From assembly GCA_012295275.1 (NCBI GenBank), contig CM022672.1, forward strand, positions 10,292,001 to 10,356,000: a stretch of 64,000 nucleotides of DNA, read 5' to 3'. Of the stretch, positions 14,359-30,147 are shown in pieces. A model generated the notes under the pieces. The model was not told the origin of the DNA. It ran no database searches and was given only the letters and a program-made list of their open reading frames with translations. Source of the DNA: Chrysomallon squamiferum. Taxonomy: Eukaryota > Animalia > Mollusca. Position 1 is the first letter of the stretch, and each line of letters opens with the position of its first letter. The position numbers were made by a program, and so were the translations under genes.

Positions 14359-16761
14359 AGTTCTTGTCGATAAACAGATACGAATCTTAAAAGTGTTCCT
14401 GTCCACTGAGAGAAAAACTCATATTTGTATACTTCATAAACTAACCGAAAGACACATGCTGCAATGGAAAAAAATATTCCAGTTCGTCCACTTATGAAGA
14501 ATCTTCCTCCTACTTACAAGCCTTCCAAAAACACTATAATCATTAAGAGAAAGACCTACTCTTATAGTTAAGCTAATTAAGTGTTTTAATACGATAAAAT
14601 ACTTGCTACACTAGATTATCAGTAATGTCGTAAGTTTAGTGGAATGACAAACAGTATAAATAATGTTGAAGTGTTTAGAAAGATGAAATATTTCTCACTA
14701 AAATTTCGAACTATCTGAGTTGAAAAATATGAAGAAGGAAGTTAAATTAAAAAAAAAAAAAAAAAATTGTGCTTAGATACGACAGAGTTCTAGAACAGTG
14801 GAACCGTTTATAGATTCAAGTCGCAACTCCCATGTTTTGTTACCCTTGTGTAATTTATTTATTTACTTATTTACTTAATTAATTAATTAAACTTTGTATT
14901 TATTTAGTTATTTGTATGTTTGTTTGTTTTGTTTGTCTGTTTATTTATTTATTTATTTATTTGTTTGTTTGTTTGTTCTAATTATTATTATTGTTGTTGT
15001 TGTTGCTGTTGTTATTATTATTATTATTGTTGTTGTTGTTAATTATAGTTTTCAGATTAAAGCACATGACCAATCTACTATATCTATGCATCCATTAGAC
15101 TCTATATTATTACAGCCAGTTATCAAATGACGTTACATCTGTTTCTCTTCCATGTTGCATATAATTATAAATAATTCCTTGCTGCAGGTCAGTGGGGCGG
15201 CAACAGGTTTCTCTTCTCAAAAAACATCATCATATTTACAACAACAACAATAAGAACAATACACATGTGACACCTTATAAGGGTTCAGAGAAATATTCAT
15301 TTACTCGTATTTGAAAATCATACCAAACAAATTTGCGAGGCCCCAACCTTTTCTGAAATCTTGGAATCGCCTCTGGGAAACTGGCGTGTTTATGACAGCA
15401 ATATTCAAATAGGATTGTCCGCTGAAACTCGACATTATTCAGATGTGTTCTGAAAATGCTGTTGGCGATTCTTGGCAAGATAAAGCGATGAACGGGGCAT
15501 TTGTGGAAAGTGCGCATATTGTGGTCTTTTCCTGTTATTACCCAGCCCGGAACCATCATGGCGGGCCACTTCGAGTGGATATTGAACGTAGTCAATCAGC
15601 AGGGCCTGTCGTCAAATAAAGAGACTTCTTCGGAGTGTTTGCATATCAGCTGGAGCATCGATGGATTTTTCCTTTATTCTGTTATTGCCGCACGACAAAC
15701 ACGAGTAGTGTGACAGCAAACAACCAGGCTGAACGTCTTGAAAAGAAGATTTCGGATATTCGAAGATGAATAAAACAAACAGTTATTAACTGTTCCAGTC
15801 TGCAGAATGAAAAAAAAAAAATTCTAAAGTATGATGAATTGTATATATAAAAAAATATTAAAAATAAAAATAAAAATCAGACAGAGAAACATACATATAC
15901 TTAAACACACAAACATGTATTGTCAAGTAACACATATATAAATATAAATGTATATACAAATTAAAAATAGCAAAACAATAAAAAGGATTGAATAACAGAC
16001 GCATTCTTAGAGACCATTTTGTGAGAAAGAAAAGTAACAGTTACAGAGGTATATAGGCACAGCGAGAGAAACTGAGAGATGATCTGTCTTCTAAAACATT
16101 GTTCACTGTACTACTTGGAATGCCAAATTATACATATATAATCTATGAATCGAAAATGCCTTTCGCGAACTTCAAATACCATGATTCTGACATGTATTCA
16201 AAAATTCTTTAAAATAAGACATATGCTACTTTCGAGTTTGTTTTGTCAGATCGCTGTATACTTTATCATCCTAAAACACGTTTACTAGGCTCGGAGAAAG
16301 TAAACATTGAACAGATTTCATAATAAATGAATTACATCTTATTATAGAAACAACAGCTGTCAACTCGCACATTTAGCTGTAGAGTGGATGTGAAAAAACT
16401 GTAGCTGGTTTGTAGTATAACGTGTTTACAAAGAAAAAGTGTGTCAGTCTCGGTATGTGTTTATCTATATACCTAGTCTTTGCGAAATATCTTTATAACT
16501 GTTAGTGTAATATAATGATATATGTATAATTAGCTTTCACTAAACATGTTTATAACTGTAATATAATTGCATTATTTTGTTATTTAAACAATAATTAATC
16601 AGAATATTTTATTACTACCCTCAATGGTATCATCATTATCATCAGCAACACTTTATTATCATCATCATTATTATATTATTACGCCAAAAGGCAAACATGA
16701 ATTACAGAAACAATCATTTACATGCGTATACACATACATACATGCATACATACAAACATAT

Positions 16762-16825
<64 letters not shown>

Positions 16826-17977
16826 GAATACATACATACACACATACACAAATGTACAGTCATAGCTACAAAATTATATTCACATAGACACAACAATATT
16901 ACAGTAACATATTAATACATAATCAACATATTTTAAATGCTATAATTAATTTAGTCTAACAAAACTTTCGCTAAGACAGTAGTACATATTACAACAGACG
17001 CATTTCAATAATAATATCACGTTAAAATATTCACTGGTACAGTCTGTGGTAACTTGTTTCATTTTCGTCTGGCATAGACAACGATACACATATATTTATA
17101 TATCAGCATAATACTCCGATTTTACATCTAATTTGGGGAGAAATTATCTGAGGAATAAAATGTGCATGACCGAGATAAACGGGAAGCAATTTCAGCGAGA
17201 AACTAGTACCTTTCATAGCGTGAGAAGTGATGGGATAATATTACATCGGAGACAAATTCTACTTCTACACCGTTTTCAGACTCCTGGGACTGAATCACCA
17301 TAATTTCTGTTACGTTGTAAATGAAATATGTCACGGGGTCGCGAAAAGACGTTTGTACTACTCAACAAGGTAAATACTATCATTATATCTTAGATCAGTC
17401 TTTTGTCTATTTTCATTTGCGTTATTGTCCGTTCCAACCTAGAGCCCTACATCTAGTTAAGCTGAAGCTGTAGTGTGTGAGTGACTACCTTTATTACGAT
17501 CGTTTTACCTTTCATTCGTAATCTCTAAGTACGGTCTTCTAATGCTGGCAGTTGCTGCCTGACTTAATCAGTTTCCTTCTTTTTTTTTTTTTTTTTTTTT
17601 TTTTTACAGGTAATATCGCTAATATCATTCCCGGGAGATCCCAAAACAAATTATAAGACTGAATGGAAGAATTTGATTATTCATGGTTTCTTGCTCTACT
17701 GACTAACAATTACTGTGAATATATTGTAAAATATATATTTTTGTACCCACCTCTTTTCAAATCGCCATAGCACTTTAGCGATACCAGAATTTGAAGGTAC
17801 TACCGGGATGATCCGCAAACTAAAATCTAGCATCAAACCTTCTGGATACGCAGTGTGCTACGAAATCAATTTTCTAGGCCTGTTTTGAAGAGTTCTAAAA
17901 GCTTTAGCTGATGACGTGTTAACACGTTTCAGTCAAATAAACTGTTTCTGTCATTTGCTACGTGAGCGCTCACTGCT

Positions 17978-18005
17978 TGCAATGGAAACGGCCGCTAGGG
18001 GCGAT
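17978..18005 (+). promoter_or_regulatory. Candidate CTCF site (near-consensus, forward)
   Basis: ggCCGCTAGGGGCGat is one G shorter than CCASYAGRKGGCRS. It is preceded 14 nt upstream by TGCAAT, resembling the upstream (ZF9-11) module. Confidence 0.4.
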
Positions 18006-19785
18006 CTCTATCCCCCCTCTTTTTTTTCCCAGCCATAGCGAATTCAAAATCTCTAAATCAGGGATCGGCAACTCTTGGCCCTGGATGATTTTAGTGCGGC
18101 CCACTTGGACACCAGTTATTACTTTGTTAACTTTGTTGTTTTTTCTTTAAATCTCCAGACAAAAGCAGCCTTGCTTCCTAGCATCCCTTTTTGGTGCTCA
18201 GTATTGAAGATAGAACTGAGAGAGAGAGAAATGTCGGTGTGTCTGTGTGTATACATGTTCAGCCCCCTTTCTTCTAAAGTTTGCCGATCACTGCTCTAAA
18301 AATTACGCTAATTTACTACATATATATATATTTTTTTTTTTTTTTAAAAGTAAAATAAGACCAATTATCAGATTATTTTTTTTAAGGGAATTTCTTAAAA
18401 AGACGTAACTATGAATCGGAAAATCAAGCGAAACAGTGAAAAGGGTAAAGATGACAACTAAATATTAGTAAAAAAAATCGTAAAAAATCGAAAACGGTCG
18501 ATTATGATTAACAAATTATTTAAATGGAACATGTAGACCTATTTTTCAATTAACCCTCGTATTTACTGTTTAATATCCATTTGAAATGAAGCGGTAGTGC
18601 CCCAGGAACAACAGCTCTATATTGTCGTCTGCAAAAGTAAATATTAAAATAATACAAAAACTACTAGTAGTCTTATTCGGGAATGATCTCATTTTCACCT
18701 GTTCAACTGAAACAGGCCTAGGACAATATTTAACTCAGTAAGTCTGCCTTTATTCAGGTGTGCATAAAAAGAACACTTTATTGAATAGATAATTCAAATT
18801 AGGTAAAGATGTCGATCGAAATAAAAAAATGTGTGACTTAAGGTTAACTTTAAAAACAATAGAAATAAATCCGTTAAAATATCGATGCTCAGAAAATGTT
18901 TTTTGTTCTTACATTTTGGATTGATTTTCTTTTAACTGGTATAGAATCTGTCTTCATTTGACAATCAAAAATGCGTGAACATTGATAACAGTATTAAAAG
19001 CAATTTGCGAAATAAAATTCAAGACCATGAAATTAATAATAAGATGTTAGAGCACGAGACAGAGAGACGGAGGGAGAGGCATTGAGACAGAGAGAGAGGC
19101 ATTGAGACAGAGAGAGACAGAAAACGAAAGAAAGAGATGGAGAAATATATATAATAGAGAGAAGGAAGGGTATGAGAAATGGGAGAGAGATAAACACGGA
19201 GAAAAAGAATGACGTAAGAACAATGATTACACACAACAATGCATAGAGAAAACTGCATTTTAAAATTCTTACAAACAACTGTTATTCTATCCATTTCTAG
19301 GTGCTCTATGTTTGAAATATATTTTGTGTATCTATAAACAAAATACACAGGAAAAAAAATTAACTACATGTAAAATAAAAAAAAAAAAAAAAAAAAAAAA
19401 ACAAATCTTTAATTAGTTATTAGTAACTAAACATGAATAATAAATTAAATTAAAAAAATATATAATAGAATTTTTTGAATTAGCTATAATTACAAAAATA
19501 GAATTTTTGTAAACTTCCCTGAAAATAATTAAGAATGAATGTACTATGCAAATGTATATTTCTATTAATATCCGTTATAAACCGCATGATTATAACACGT
19601 TGTTAGGAATCGAAAAACATGAAAATAGGAACATCCGTTCTTCTTCACCCCAGCTCACATAAATACTGATAGAAAGAAAAAAGAGAGAGAGAAAGGAGGG
19701 TGACAAAGAAACACAGAGATATGGAAAGAGACAATTGAGCAGCGAAATATTATAAATTTAAACTGAAATTTCTTTTTGAAAGATA

Positions 19786-19932
<147 letters not shown>

Positions 19933-20288
19933 CTTTAATCTTAAGAAAGGAACAGTTAACAAATCTTTTACTACTTTTGTTTTTAAAGTACTTTTTTCTT
20001 TCTTTCTTTTAGTCTTTTTCAGCTGCTGCTACTGTGAATCCTACAAAATGGCTGTGGACTTTCACACTGTATTAAATCTCGATAGTTTTCTAAGTACCCG
20101 ATGAAGCAAACATATGGGCTTATTGTTAAACGCTTAGAGTGACAAAATACCTTGGTGAGATGAGGCCTGACTAGCCGTAATGAAAAATCAATCTGAATAG
20201 ATTTGATTTTCGCTTGTAACATCAGCTCTACTTGACAGCGAGAGAGAAAGAGAGATAGACAGAGAGAGAGATTGTGTGTGTGTGTCTC

Positions 20289-20399
<111 letters not shown>

Positions 20400-21270
20400 A
20401 TATCAGTATGTTAACATGATAACACAACATTGTTGGTTTCAATTCTTTATTTCCTTGTTACGGTTTTTCCCTTCCTTAACATTAATGTTCCTTATTTTGT
20501 GTAGTTTTTTATTCTCTTTCTGTCTGTCACTTTTGTTCTGTTTCTGTCTCCCTCTTTCTCTGTTTCTCTCTCATACACACACACATTCACACACACACAC
20601 ACACATAAAAAATCACACTTTATTTCAGATGTATCTATTTTTCCTTTCTTTCAGTTCGTTCTCTCTTGTTCTTTTCAGTTCTTATCTTTCAATCGTCTGT
20701 AACATATCTTAGATTTTATTTTTTTATTTTATTTTTTCTTATTTCTGGAATACAAGAGTCGTGACTTTTCTCAGAAAAGATTCTTTGATTAGCAGAACTT
20801 TAATTGTTTCTGGCCCGACAAGTCAGTAATTTTGTCTGGCAAATAACAACGATTGAGACACAGCGCCAATCATCATTGTTTCAGGTCGGCAGAATAATTG
20901 ACGGGTTGAGACCATCTTCCTGACTGTTTCGCAGAATGGTGCTATGTGATTGGAAGCCGAGACACCTCTAAAAAGTTGTCAGCGAAATTATGAAGACAAT
21001 GATTGCCTTCAAAAATTCATTATAATGAACAGCGGTTTGCTAATCAGGAAACGGCGAAGACAAATGATCGCGAATCGATGATCACATTTAGTCGTTTAAA
21101 ATGCTGTCAAATCGGGTTTCCTTGTTAAGGTGCCTAAAGGTGGTGTTGATGTAATTACCTTTTCTTTTTTTTTTTTTTTTTTTGCATTTTTTTTTTCTTT
21201 TTTTCAAGTGTATTACAATGCAAATTAGCAAAAAGTATATCAATAATATTTTTTTATAAATTAAGAATTT

Positions 21271-21436
<166 letters not shown>

Positions 21437-22117
21437 CTCATGCAAAATATATGTAAAAGGGAAGTAAAATATCCTAGACATAGATAATTGCTTGGAAAGA
21501 CATTTGTATGAACTTCAATTAAGTGAATACATCGCATTATTTCTTCATGTAATAACACACTATTAATAGACTGAATTCTTTCGTTCTTTCTTTCTTTTAT
21601 TCTTTCTTTCTTTCTTAATTTCTTTCTTTTCTTTTCTTTCCTTCTTCTGTGACCTCTTTTTTGCTTTCTTTCGTTAACTCTTTCTTTTTTTTTCTTTTTC
21701 TAATACCATCCCGCGGATTTCTCAACCTCTGACATTATCTGTTAGAGTGTTTTGCCTAATTGTTCTGATTTGCAATAACAACAGTGTAATAAAAAATTAA
21801 CTCTACTGAATCTTTAATGTCGCCAGACAGAACTCGCCTACACACAGTGAACATCTTGTCTTTTAGTGAGTACAATAATTACATTAGAACAAAAACAAGG
21901 ATGTCATCTGGTGTGTCTAAGCATGAATGTATGTATTTTGCATGTGCATGTAGGTAGGTATGCATACAGATTTGTAGGTAGGGTGTATAGGTACGTATAT
22001 ATTTATATATGTCTGAACGTACATATAGAAAAACATAATTTTTTTTTTCTCTCTTAAATGTCTTTCATGAATATTACTGTTATTGTTATTATTATTATAA
22101 TTATTATAATTATTATA

Positions 22118-22161
<44 letters not shown>

Positions 22162-22502
22162 TATTATTATTACAAATAAGCAGGATTTTTTTTTTTTTTA
22201 ATAAAATAAAAAACTAAACATGATCAATGTTTTCCCTTGATGTACGTTTCTCTTTGTTTTTCTCTGACGTTGAGAAAAGCAATGTCTATCTCTCTAAAGA
22301 TTAACGATCTTTTAATTCCTTATAATCACCGAAGCCCGCGCATTTTGTTTGGCATCAAAGACTCCGAGTTGAATGTATCACATCAAAACTGTAAAAATCA
22401 ATATGCAATGTTAATGAAGGTAATTAAAGCTTAAAGAAAGTTTTTTTTTTTTTTCTAGAATAATGCATTTCTATAAATAAAAAAATAAAAAAATTCTGAA
22501 TG

Positions 22503-22573
<71 letters not shown>

Positions 22574-23087
22574 GAACACACAGACATAATTATGATGTAC
22601 TCGAATATAGATAATAATTATACTCTCACTCACATTCCTAAATGCGTTTGACTGTAAATAGTTGCTGTTTTAATAGCGCCGGATATTAATTCTGTAAATA
22701 AATCAAACACAATACAAACGTCTACGTACTCTACACACACACGAACATACACACACATACAAAAGTGCATTTTATTATTTTTGTTATTAAATAATTAAAG
22801 ATATATGATAATACTGTATGGAATTTAAAAAAAAAAAAAAAAAAAAAAAATTCTGAACATTTCAAAAGACAAAAAGAAAAGTACTTAATAAGCTAATGAA
22901 TACTGGAAAATAATATTATAATAATAATTAAACGACACCAGATGCAAAAAGCTTTATAAGACTGAACTAATGATATCGTAATAAAAAGTCTCTATGAAAC
23001 TTGAACATTATTTATTTATTAAAACTTTCTTTGTTTCTTCTCTTCTTCTTTCTTCTTCTTATTCGTTTCTTATTTCATTACTCCAGC

Positions 23088-23118
<31 letters not shown>

Positions 23119-23326
23119 GTTGATGTTGTTGCTGTTGTTGTCAAATATATATTTTTTTTTATTTATTTATATATATATTCATTTATTTTCTTAATTATTT
23201 ATTACTTTTTCCTAATAAAAACAGAACGATAATTAGAAGAAAAAAAAAATAGATGAAAAGAAAAATTAACAAATAAATAAACAAATAATTAATTTTACTT
23301 ACTGAAACATTATATATATACATAGA

Positions 23327-23358
<32 letters not shown>

Positions 23359-23904
23359 TATATGTATTAGTAAAACAGTCTACTTCATGCTACTAAAACT
23401 TTGCTTTCTAGTAACACTGCTTTGATATTTAATCCAGTCTTTGCCACTCAAAACAGAGACCACAACGGTCGAATGGAGAGGACAAACACAGCAAGGAAGT
23501 CGTCCATATTGATTGTAGCAGATCGAACTGTTTGAAGTAATAAGCTGAAGAATTTTCTGTGGACGTTAAGTGGTCGGATAATCACGAAACGTATTACTTT
23601 AATTGAAATGTCTCGGTTCGCTTGTCACGTGGTCGTTCGACTAACGCTTGCGACAGAAACCCCTGTTAGCGATATTCTTTAATCTCGAGTGCGTTAATCT
23701 AATTAACTTCTTCTGTGTCACGTGATGCTTTAATTCCATTGAGTCGTCGTGTAAGAAGTGTGTGTGTGTGGGGGGGAGAGTCTGTGAAAATCTTAATCTG
23801 TGAGTACGACGTTGTCTGCAGAAAGGATTAGCTTATCCCAGATCGTCGAGTAGCTGTTCTCTAAAAACAGTTCACTATTATTTTTGTGTATATTTTTTAA
23901 CTAT

Positions 23905-24177
23905 TATTTTATATTTACTACTGTTTTAGTATATTTACTACTGTTTTAGTATATTTACGGTTGTTTTAGTGTTTGTACTTTTGTTTAGTATGTATTTATT
24001 TTTGTTTTAGTGTATTTAATAATTTTTCGTGTATTTACTAATGTTTTAATGTTGATTTACTACTGTGTTAGTGTATTACTGTTTTAGTGTATATTTACTA
24101 TTGTCTTAGTGTATTTACTATCGTTTTAATGTGTATTTACTACTGTTTTAGTGTATTTACTACTGTTTTAGTGTTTT
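23905..24177 (+). repeat. Degenerate ~20-bp minisatellite (consensus approx. gtatttactactgttttagt)
   Basis: Roughly a dozen imperfect tandem units are visible. Confidence 0.85.
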
Positions 24178-24835
24178 CATTTTTAAAACCGTCTGCAAAT
24201 ATTCGTCTAAATGCTATAAGCGTAACAGTGATAATGTCTGAGTGGAAAAACTGCAACAGATCAGAGGAATTGATCAAGGGAGATAACAACAAAAACATCA
24301 AGTTTCTAGGAGGCTGTTGTTATTACTTTATCTTTTGTATTATATACTATTACTAGCGATTATCATTACTACCAAAAGTATTACTAGTGCTACTGCCACT
24401 GTTATTATAACTACTACCTTTTCTTCATAATCATCATCGCCATCATCATTATTATTATTACTGTAATTATTATTATTCTTAATTACATATGGAATATATA
24501 ATATGTAGGTATGTAGGTAAGTATGTCTGTATGTTTGTGTTGTGTGCGTGTGTGTTTGTATGTATATATAATTATAATGCACACACATTTATATATATAT
24601 ATAAAAAAAACCTGATTAAAAAATAATAAACTAACAAATAATCTACAGCTGGAGAATCTTTGATTTCTCCCTTCTTTCTTTTTTTTCAAAAAATGATTCC
24701 AGAACCAAGAGTGTTTTTTTTTTTAATTAAAATTATTATATTTTTTAATTTAGTTAACTTTATAGCTATTTTTGGTTATTAAAATTAAGTTTTATGGCAT
24801 TTTTAAATAACAGAATTTATTTTTTTTTTTTCTTC

Positions 24836-24866
<31 letters not shown>

Positions 24867-24941
24867 CCGATATTTATAGAAGTAAGGAAAATGGGACCTT
24901 GAATTTATTCCAGCCGTATTTTTTGTATTTTTATATTATTT

Positions 24942-25007
<66 letters not shown>

Positions 25008-25809
25008 AATAATTAGATAGTGCAACATCTAATACAGTAATTTTGGCTTTGTGGATTCCACTAAAGGAAATACGTAGTTGTCTCCCTCCATAAAGAGAAG
25101 GATTCTCTTATTTTATAATGACGATCATCATAAAGTGTCAAGATCTTCAGGCAGAGGTAAAAATGATCTTAAGATATTCTATTGAAGACGATCACCTATT
25201 CGTCCAAGAATTTATTTTCAATGAAGGAATTTTCAGACATATTTCTCTCAGAGTCTGAGATAATACTGTATTTCAAGAACGGCTTGCGTAAGACAGCTTC
25301 AGATGTCAAAGATGAATCTTGTTCACAGAAAGGAATTTATCGAGTTCTTAAAGGACAAAAATTTTCACTTTTTCCAGAACGTCGTAATTTCTGGGTTTTT
25401 TTTTTTTTTTAAAGTTTATTATTATTATTATTATTTTTTTTTTTTTTTTTTTTTTTATTTATTATTATTTTTTTTTTTTGAGAATCAGTGATGCCTGAAA
25501 TGCTCAGCGGAAAAATTCAGAAAATACTGCCTATAACGAACAAGAAAATTTGCAGTTGGTGACGTAATTGCATTTCACCAGTCGAGGTTTAGGACCGCTG
25601 ATTGTCTGCGGTGAAAATGTCACTGCTTTTTATTACGAGGAAGACATTCTAAAGAAACACCTCATTCATTTTCATCTGACAATATACCAGGATAACTCTC
25701 CTTCTCATACACTCAAAAAAATGTCTATAAAAAATACATGAAATTTAAACTTTGTCTTGTTCTGGGAAATCTCCATAATCAGCTAAGCAGAGAATTTGTG
25801 AGAATTTTT

Positions 25810-25840
<31 letters not shown>

Positions 25841-25924
25841 TAAATGAAGAATAATTATTTGCATCAGTCAGTTCAGCAAGAATTGAACACGCTGAAACTC
25901 TCACTGTTGAAGAAGTATGACTAT

Positions 25925-25971
<47 letters not shown>

Positions 25972-26139
25972 TTTGATTTGATTTGATTTGATTTGATTTG
26001 ATTTTTATTTTTTTTATTATTATTTTTTAAAATTTATTTACATATTTATGGATGTATTTACGCTTGCAAATATTTATATCTACATACATACATACATACA
26101 TAATCACACACACATACATACATACCTACATATACACAA

Positions 26140-26179
<40 letters not shown>

Positions 26180-27280
26180 AGAAGAATAAGAAGAAGAAAA
26201 ATAAGAAGAACAAAAAGCAGCAGTTCAGATTGTGAAGTTATTTAACAGAAAATAATAATTTATAATGCGTACGTTAGTCACTGGTCTTCTGCGTGTCAAA
26301 CGTCGCTTTCTAACTATCACGTGTTGTTGTCTAGATAATAGTTTCACTGGGCTGAATAATTAATTAGATGTTTCCACAATTAGATCACGGTTGAGAAATA
26401 AATATGTTTTAATTTTATGTTATGTGATTATTGACTATGTGCATTATCTATTTCTTTATTATTTTACTTTTTTTACCTGATTTCTTCTTTTTTTTAAGAT
26501 AAAGTTTTTTGATGACATCTGTGAGAGATCGCTTACGTCAACAGTAATTAACTGAGGTCCTGTTTTCATTAGACAGTTTTCAAGTTTCAATAAAGCAGAG
26601 TTCTGTTTATTAAAAGTATATAACAGTTGAGTTTATTTAAATTTTATTTGGTTTTGTTTTGTTTTCGTTTCATCACCCTGGTGACTATGTGCAGAAATCG
26701 GCGTAATGGGATATTATCACAGAAATTAAATTGAGACTTTAAACGTCGAATGATCATTTTATAACGCTTTTATGTTTCATATTTTTAATAATAACTGCAT
26801 TATCAGACCCGAATTTTCAATTTACTTTTTTTGTTTTCTTTATTAAACTGGGCTTCGTTTTATTGTTCGTATTGTTTATTTTTTATTTTATTTTATTTAT
26901 TTATTGGTGGGGTTTTTTTTTTTTGAGATTTTAAACAAATTTATTAATGTAATTTTTTGTGTAAAATTTAGAATAAAAAGAAATAATGGAAAATTTTACT
27001 GTTTTTTTTTTTGTGTTGTTGGTATCACCATTTTATATATTTGATTTGTGTGGCCCAGCGGTGAGAGCGCAGTACTAATATAACGATTTAAAGAATTAAT
27101 CAAAATATTCAAATTTATTCATTCCTTCGTTTATGTACATATATTTGTGTTTGTATGTATGTGTGTATATATATACGCACGAATGTATGTGATAGTGTGA
27201 GTGTATGAGTGCGTATGTGTGTGTATGTGTGGGCACTTATGTATATATGCATGTATGTTTGTACTTTTTTTTCATCGTTT

Positions 27281-27425
27281 AAACAGTAATTTTAAATACT
27301 TTGTCTCTGAATATAGACAGTAATTTTAAACACTTTTCCTCTTGGTAAGAACAGTAATTTTAAATACACATGTACCTTTTCTCTTCACATAAACAGTAAT
27401 TTTTAAATACGTTTTCTCTTGGTAG
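27281..27425 (+). repeat. Four-unit degenerate ~35-40-bp tandem repeat (core acagtaattttaaatac)
   Basis: The core recurs at ~27283, 27317, 27351 and 27393. Confidence 0.8.
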
Positions 27426-27739
27426 ATGTATATAACACACACTCCTTTCGTGATCATCAGCGACAATACAGCCTCTGACGGTAATAAATTATCAACTGAA
27501 TGAAAACCTTTGGTAGACAACTAAACACGAATAACCAACCATACGATTAACTCTTAAATCGTGAACTTAACAGACTGGGAGGTGAGTTTTCGTGAAACAA
27601 ATCCAGGCTGACACGAGTAGGTGCTGAGGTGTACTCGGTGAAAGAAACGAGCTATTTGAAAAGGTGGATCATGACCAGAACTGATACTGTATTTAGTTAA
27701 ATACGTTACGGCTTATTATGTTACAACAGTTATTGTTTC

Positions 27740-28179
27740 GGAAGCAGTAATAATAATAATGTTAATAATAAAAAGAATAATATGAATAATAAGAATAATA
27801 AGAATAAGAATAAAAACAATAACTACACAAACAGCAACACCAGTAAGAACAACAACAACAACAATAATAATAATAATAATAGTAAAACAAATAACAACAA
27901 CCACAGTAACATCAGTAACAACAACAACAACAACAATAATAATAATAATAATAAACAATAACAATAATAATAATAATAACAATAAAACAATAACAATATT
28001 AATGATAACAATAATAACAGTAATAGCATATTTAATAGCACATTGTGGTAATAGTACTATATCCAATTTTGTTTATGTTAGTAATATTAATAGCAGCAGT
28101 AATAGTAATAGTTGTTGTATTACTAATAATATTAGCAGAAGTGATGCTGCTTCTACTATAATTTCTTCTTTTTCTTCTT

Positions 28180-28210
<31 letters not shown>

Positions 28211-28440
28211 TTATTATTATTATTATTATTATTATCATCATCATTATCATTATTACTGCTAGTAGTAAAGGAGTACAGCTACGTTTTCTACTACTACTAC
28301 TACAACAACAGCCACTACTACTATTAGCAATGGTTTCAGAAGCAACAGAAGCAGCATAAACATTACTACTGCTACTGCTATTACTATAATTATTACTACT
28401 ACTGCTACTGCTCCTAATACTACTACTACTACTACTATAT
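27740..28440. repeat. Compound trinucleotide low-complexity tract (AAT/AAC/CTT/ATT/ACT)
   Basis: Directly visible. Confidence 0.9.
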
Positions 28441-29043
28441 ACTTTCACCAGTGTTTTTGTCAAATAGTAACAACGCCTGTTCAGACCCAACTATTAACTG
28501 TGAGCTTTAATTTACTGTCGCATGGACGACGTAAGCTGTGACGTGTACTGAGTGTACCTCGCCACACAAAATTAGACCCTCTTTCTCCGCTTCTGCTTTC
28601 CTGTTTCCATCACGACATCCTACGATGTTGCAGATAACACAAGTACACTGGTTGCCACCCTTTCGTTAAGCGGCGTCGTCAAAACAGCGAAATTAAAAGA
28701 CGGGTAATACCAGTCTGAAATTTAATGTATAGTATCGCACCGCTTCAAACTGCGGTGTATCTCTATTAATAGCTTCTTTTCTTGGAGAGTGATTAAAAAA
28801 GAAGAAAGGATACTGTAAAATGGGTAAATCTCCCGAGGAAACAAAAAAGGGTGAGTCTGGTGCATCCTCTTAAAACATCACCAAGATGGAAAACGCAGAC
28901 ATAAAATGCAGACTGCTAAAAAAATAATATATGACGAGATGCAAGTGGACACCGCAAATAAAAAAATAAAAAAAAAAAAAATAAAGAAAAAATAAAAGGA
29001 AAATGAGCAAGAAATCCAGCTGGTATATTTAATATGGTGAAAG

Positions 29044-29076
<33 letters not shown>

Positions 29077-29968
29077 TTTTATTTTTTATATTTTTTGTTT
29101 AAGCACAAGCTGTTGATACGCGAAACTGTCGATTGATTTTTACGTTGAAGCGTGCCGCGCGTCAAAGAACTGTAGACATGAAAAAGACACATCGTCTGCT
29201 AGTGCTCAGCAATCCCGCGCTTTTTGCATAACAAAAAGATCAATTTAACGGGTATCACGCTCTGCGCAAACTCGGCACAGGCCGAAAGACGCTCCGTGGC
29301 ATATACCATTAACATACTATCCATGTAGCATGCGCGTGCATGCATGTTGGCACACGTTCCTGGTTTTAGTTACCTCAACATTTGTGACACAAATTGATTA
29401 ACAGACATCAGCAACGTTGGTTCATTTTCGCATTGTTTCTTTTATTTTTTGGTTTTTTGGTTTTTTTATTTTTTATTTTTTATTTTCGTTTTTTATTTTT
29501 TATTTTTACTTTTATTTTCGTTTTTTATTTTTATTTTCGATTTTTATTTTTATTTTTATTTTTTATTTTGTTGTTGTTGTTGTTGTTGTTTCTTTAAAAA
29601 ATAAAACTTTTTTCTTATTTCTCTCTTTCCTGTTTCGTAATTTGGGTTGGTCATAAATAATGTTTTCTTTCTCTTTTTTTTATTTTTATTTTTTTATTTT
29701 TCTTTCTTTCTTCTTTGATTTATTGTCATCCTACACGCAGTATTTTACAAAACTGTCTTTAATTTAATTTATATTCGATTTATTGACAATTTCGTGTACC
29801 CAACGATACCGACAACTATAAAGCAAGCCAAATAACAAAACAACAACAACAACAACAACAACAACCAACCAACCAACAAATTCTACTAATAATAATACAA
29901 AAACAAAAACAAGTTTTTAAAGAAAGACGTTTTTATTGTATGTGTCTGAAAAACGCTGGTGAAAGTAC

Positions 29969-30022
<54 letters not shown>

Positions 30023-30056
30023 GCAACAACAACAAACACAGTTTAACAGAATACAG

Positions 30057-30147
<91 letters not shown>

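Noticed and set aside
15275-15713. 106-aa and 70-aa ORFs in a complex island
   Set aside because: No recognisable motif and no compatible splice sites; treated as a non-coding island.
18801-18813. aggtaaagatgtc, matching the 3' part of miR-8 as I recall it
   Set aside because: The seed half is absent and no hairpin is evident.
25182-25412. 76-aa ORF with ordinary composition
   Set aside because: No ATG at the annotated start, no domain similarity that I recognise, and it runs into poly-T.
27048-27075. gtggcccagcggtgagagcgca as a tRNA gene
   Set aside because: Only an A-box-like fragment, with no B box or cloverleaf; at most a SINE head remnant.
27281-27425. CRISPR-like repeat-spacer appearance
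   Set aside because: The spacers are related to each other (ttttcctcttggta / ttttctcttggta), the repeats are inexact, the context is eukaryotic and there are no cas genes; this is a degenerate minisatellite.
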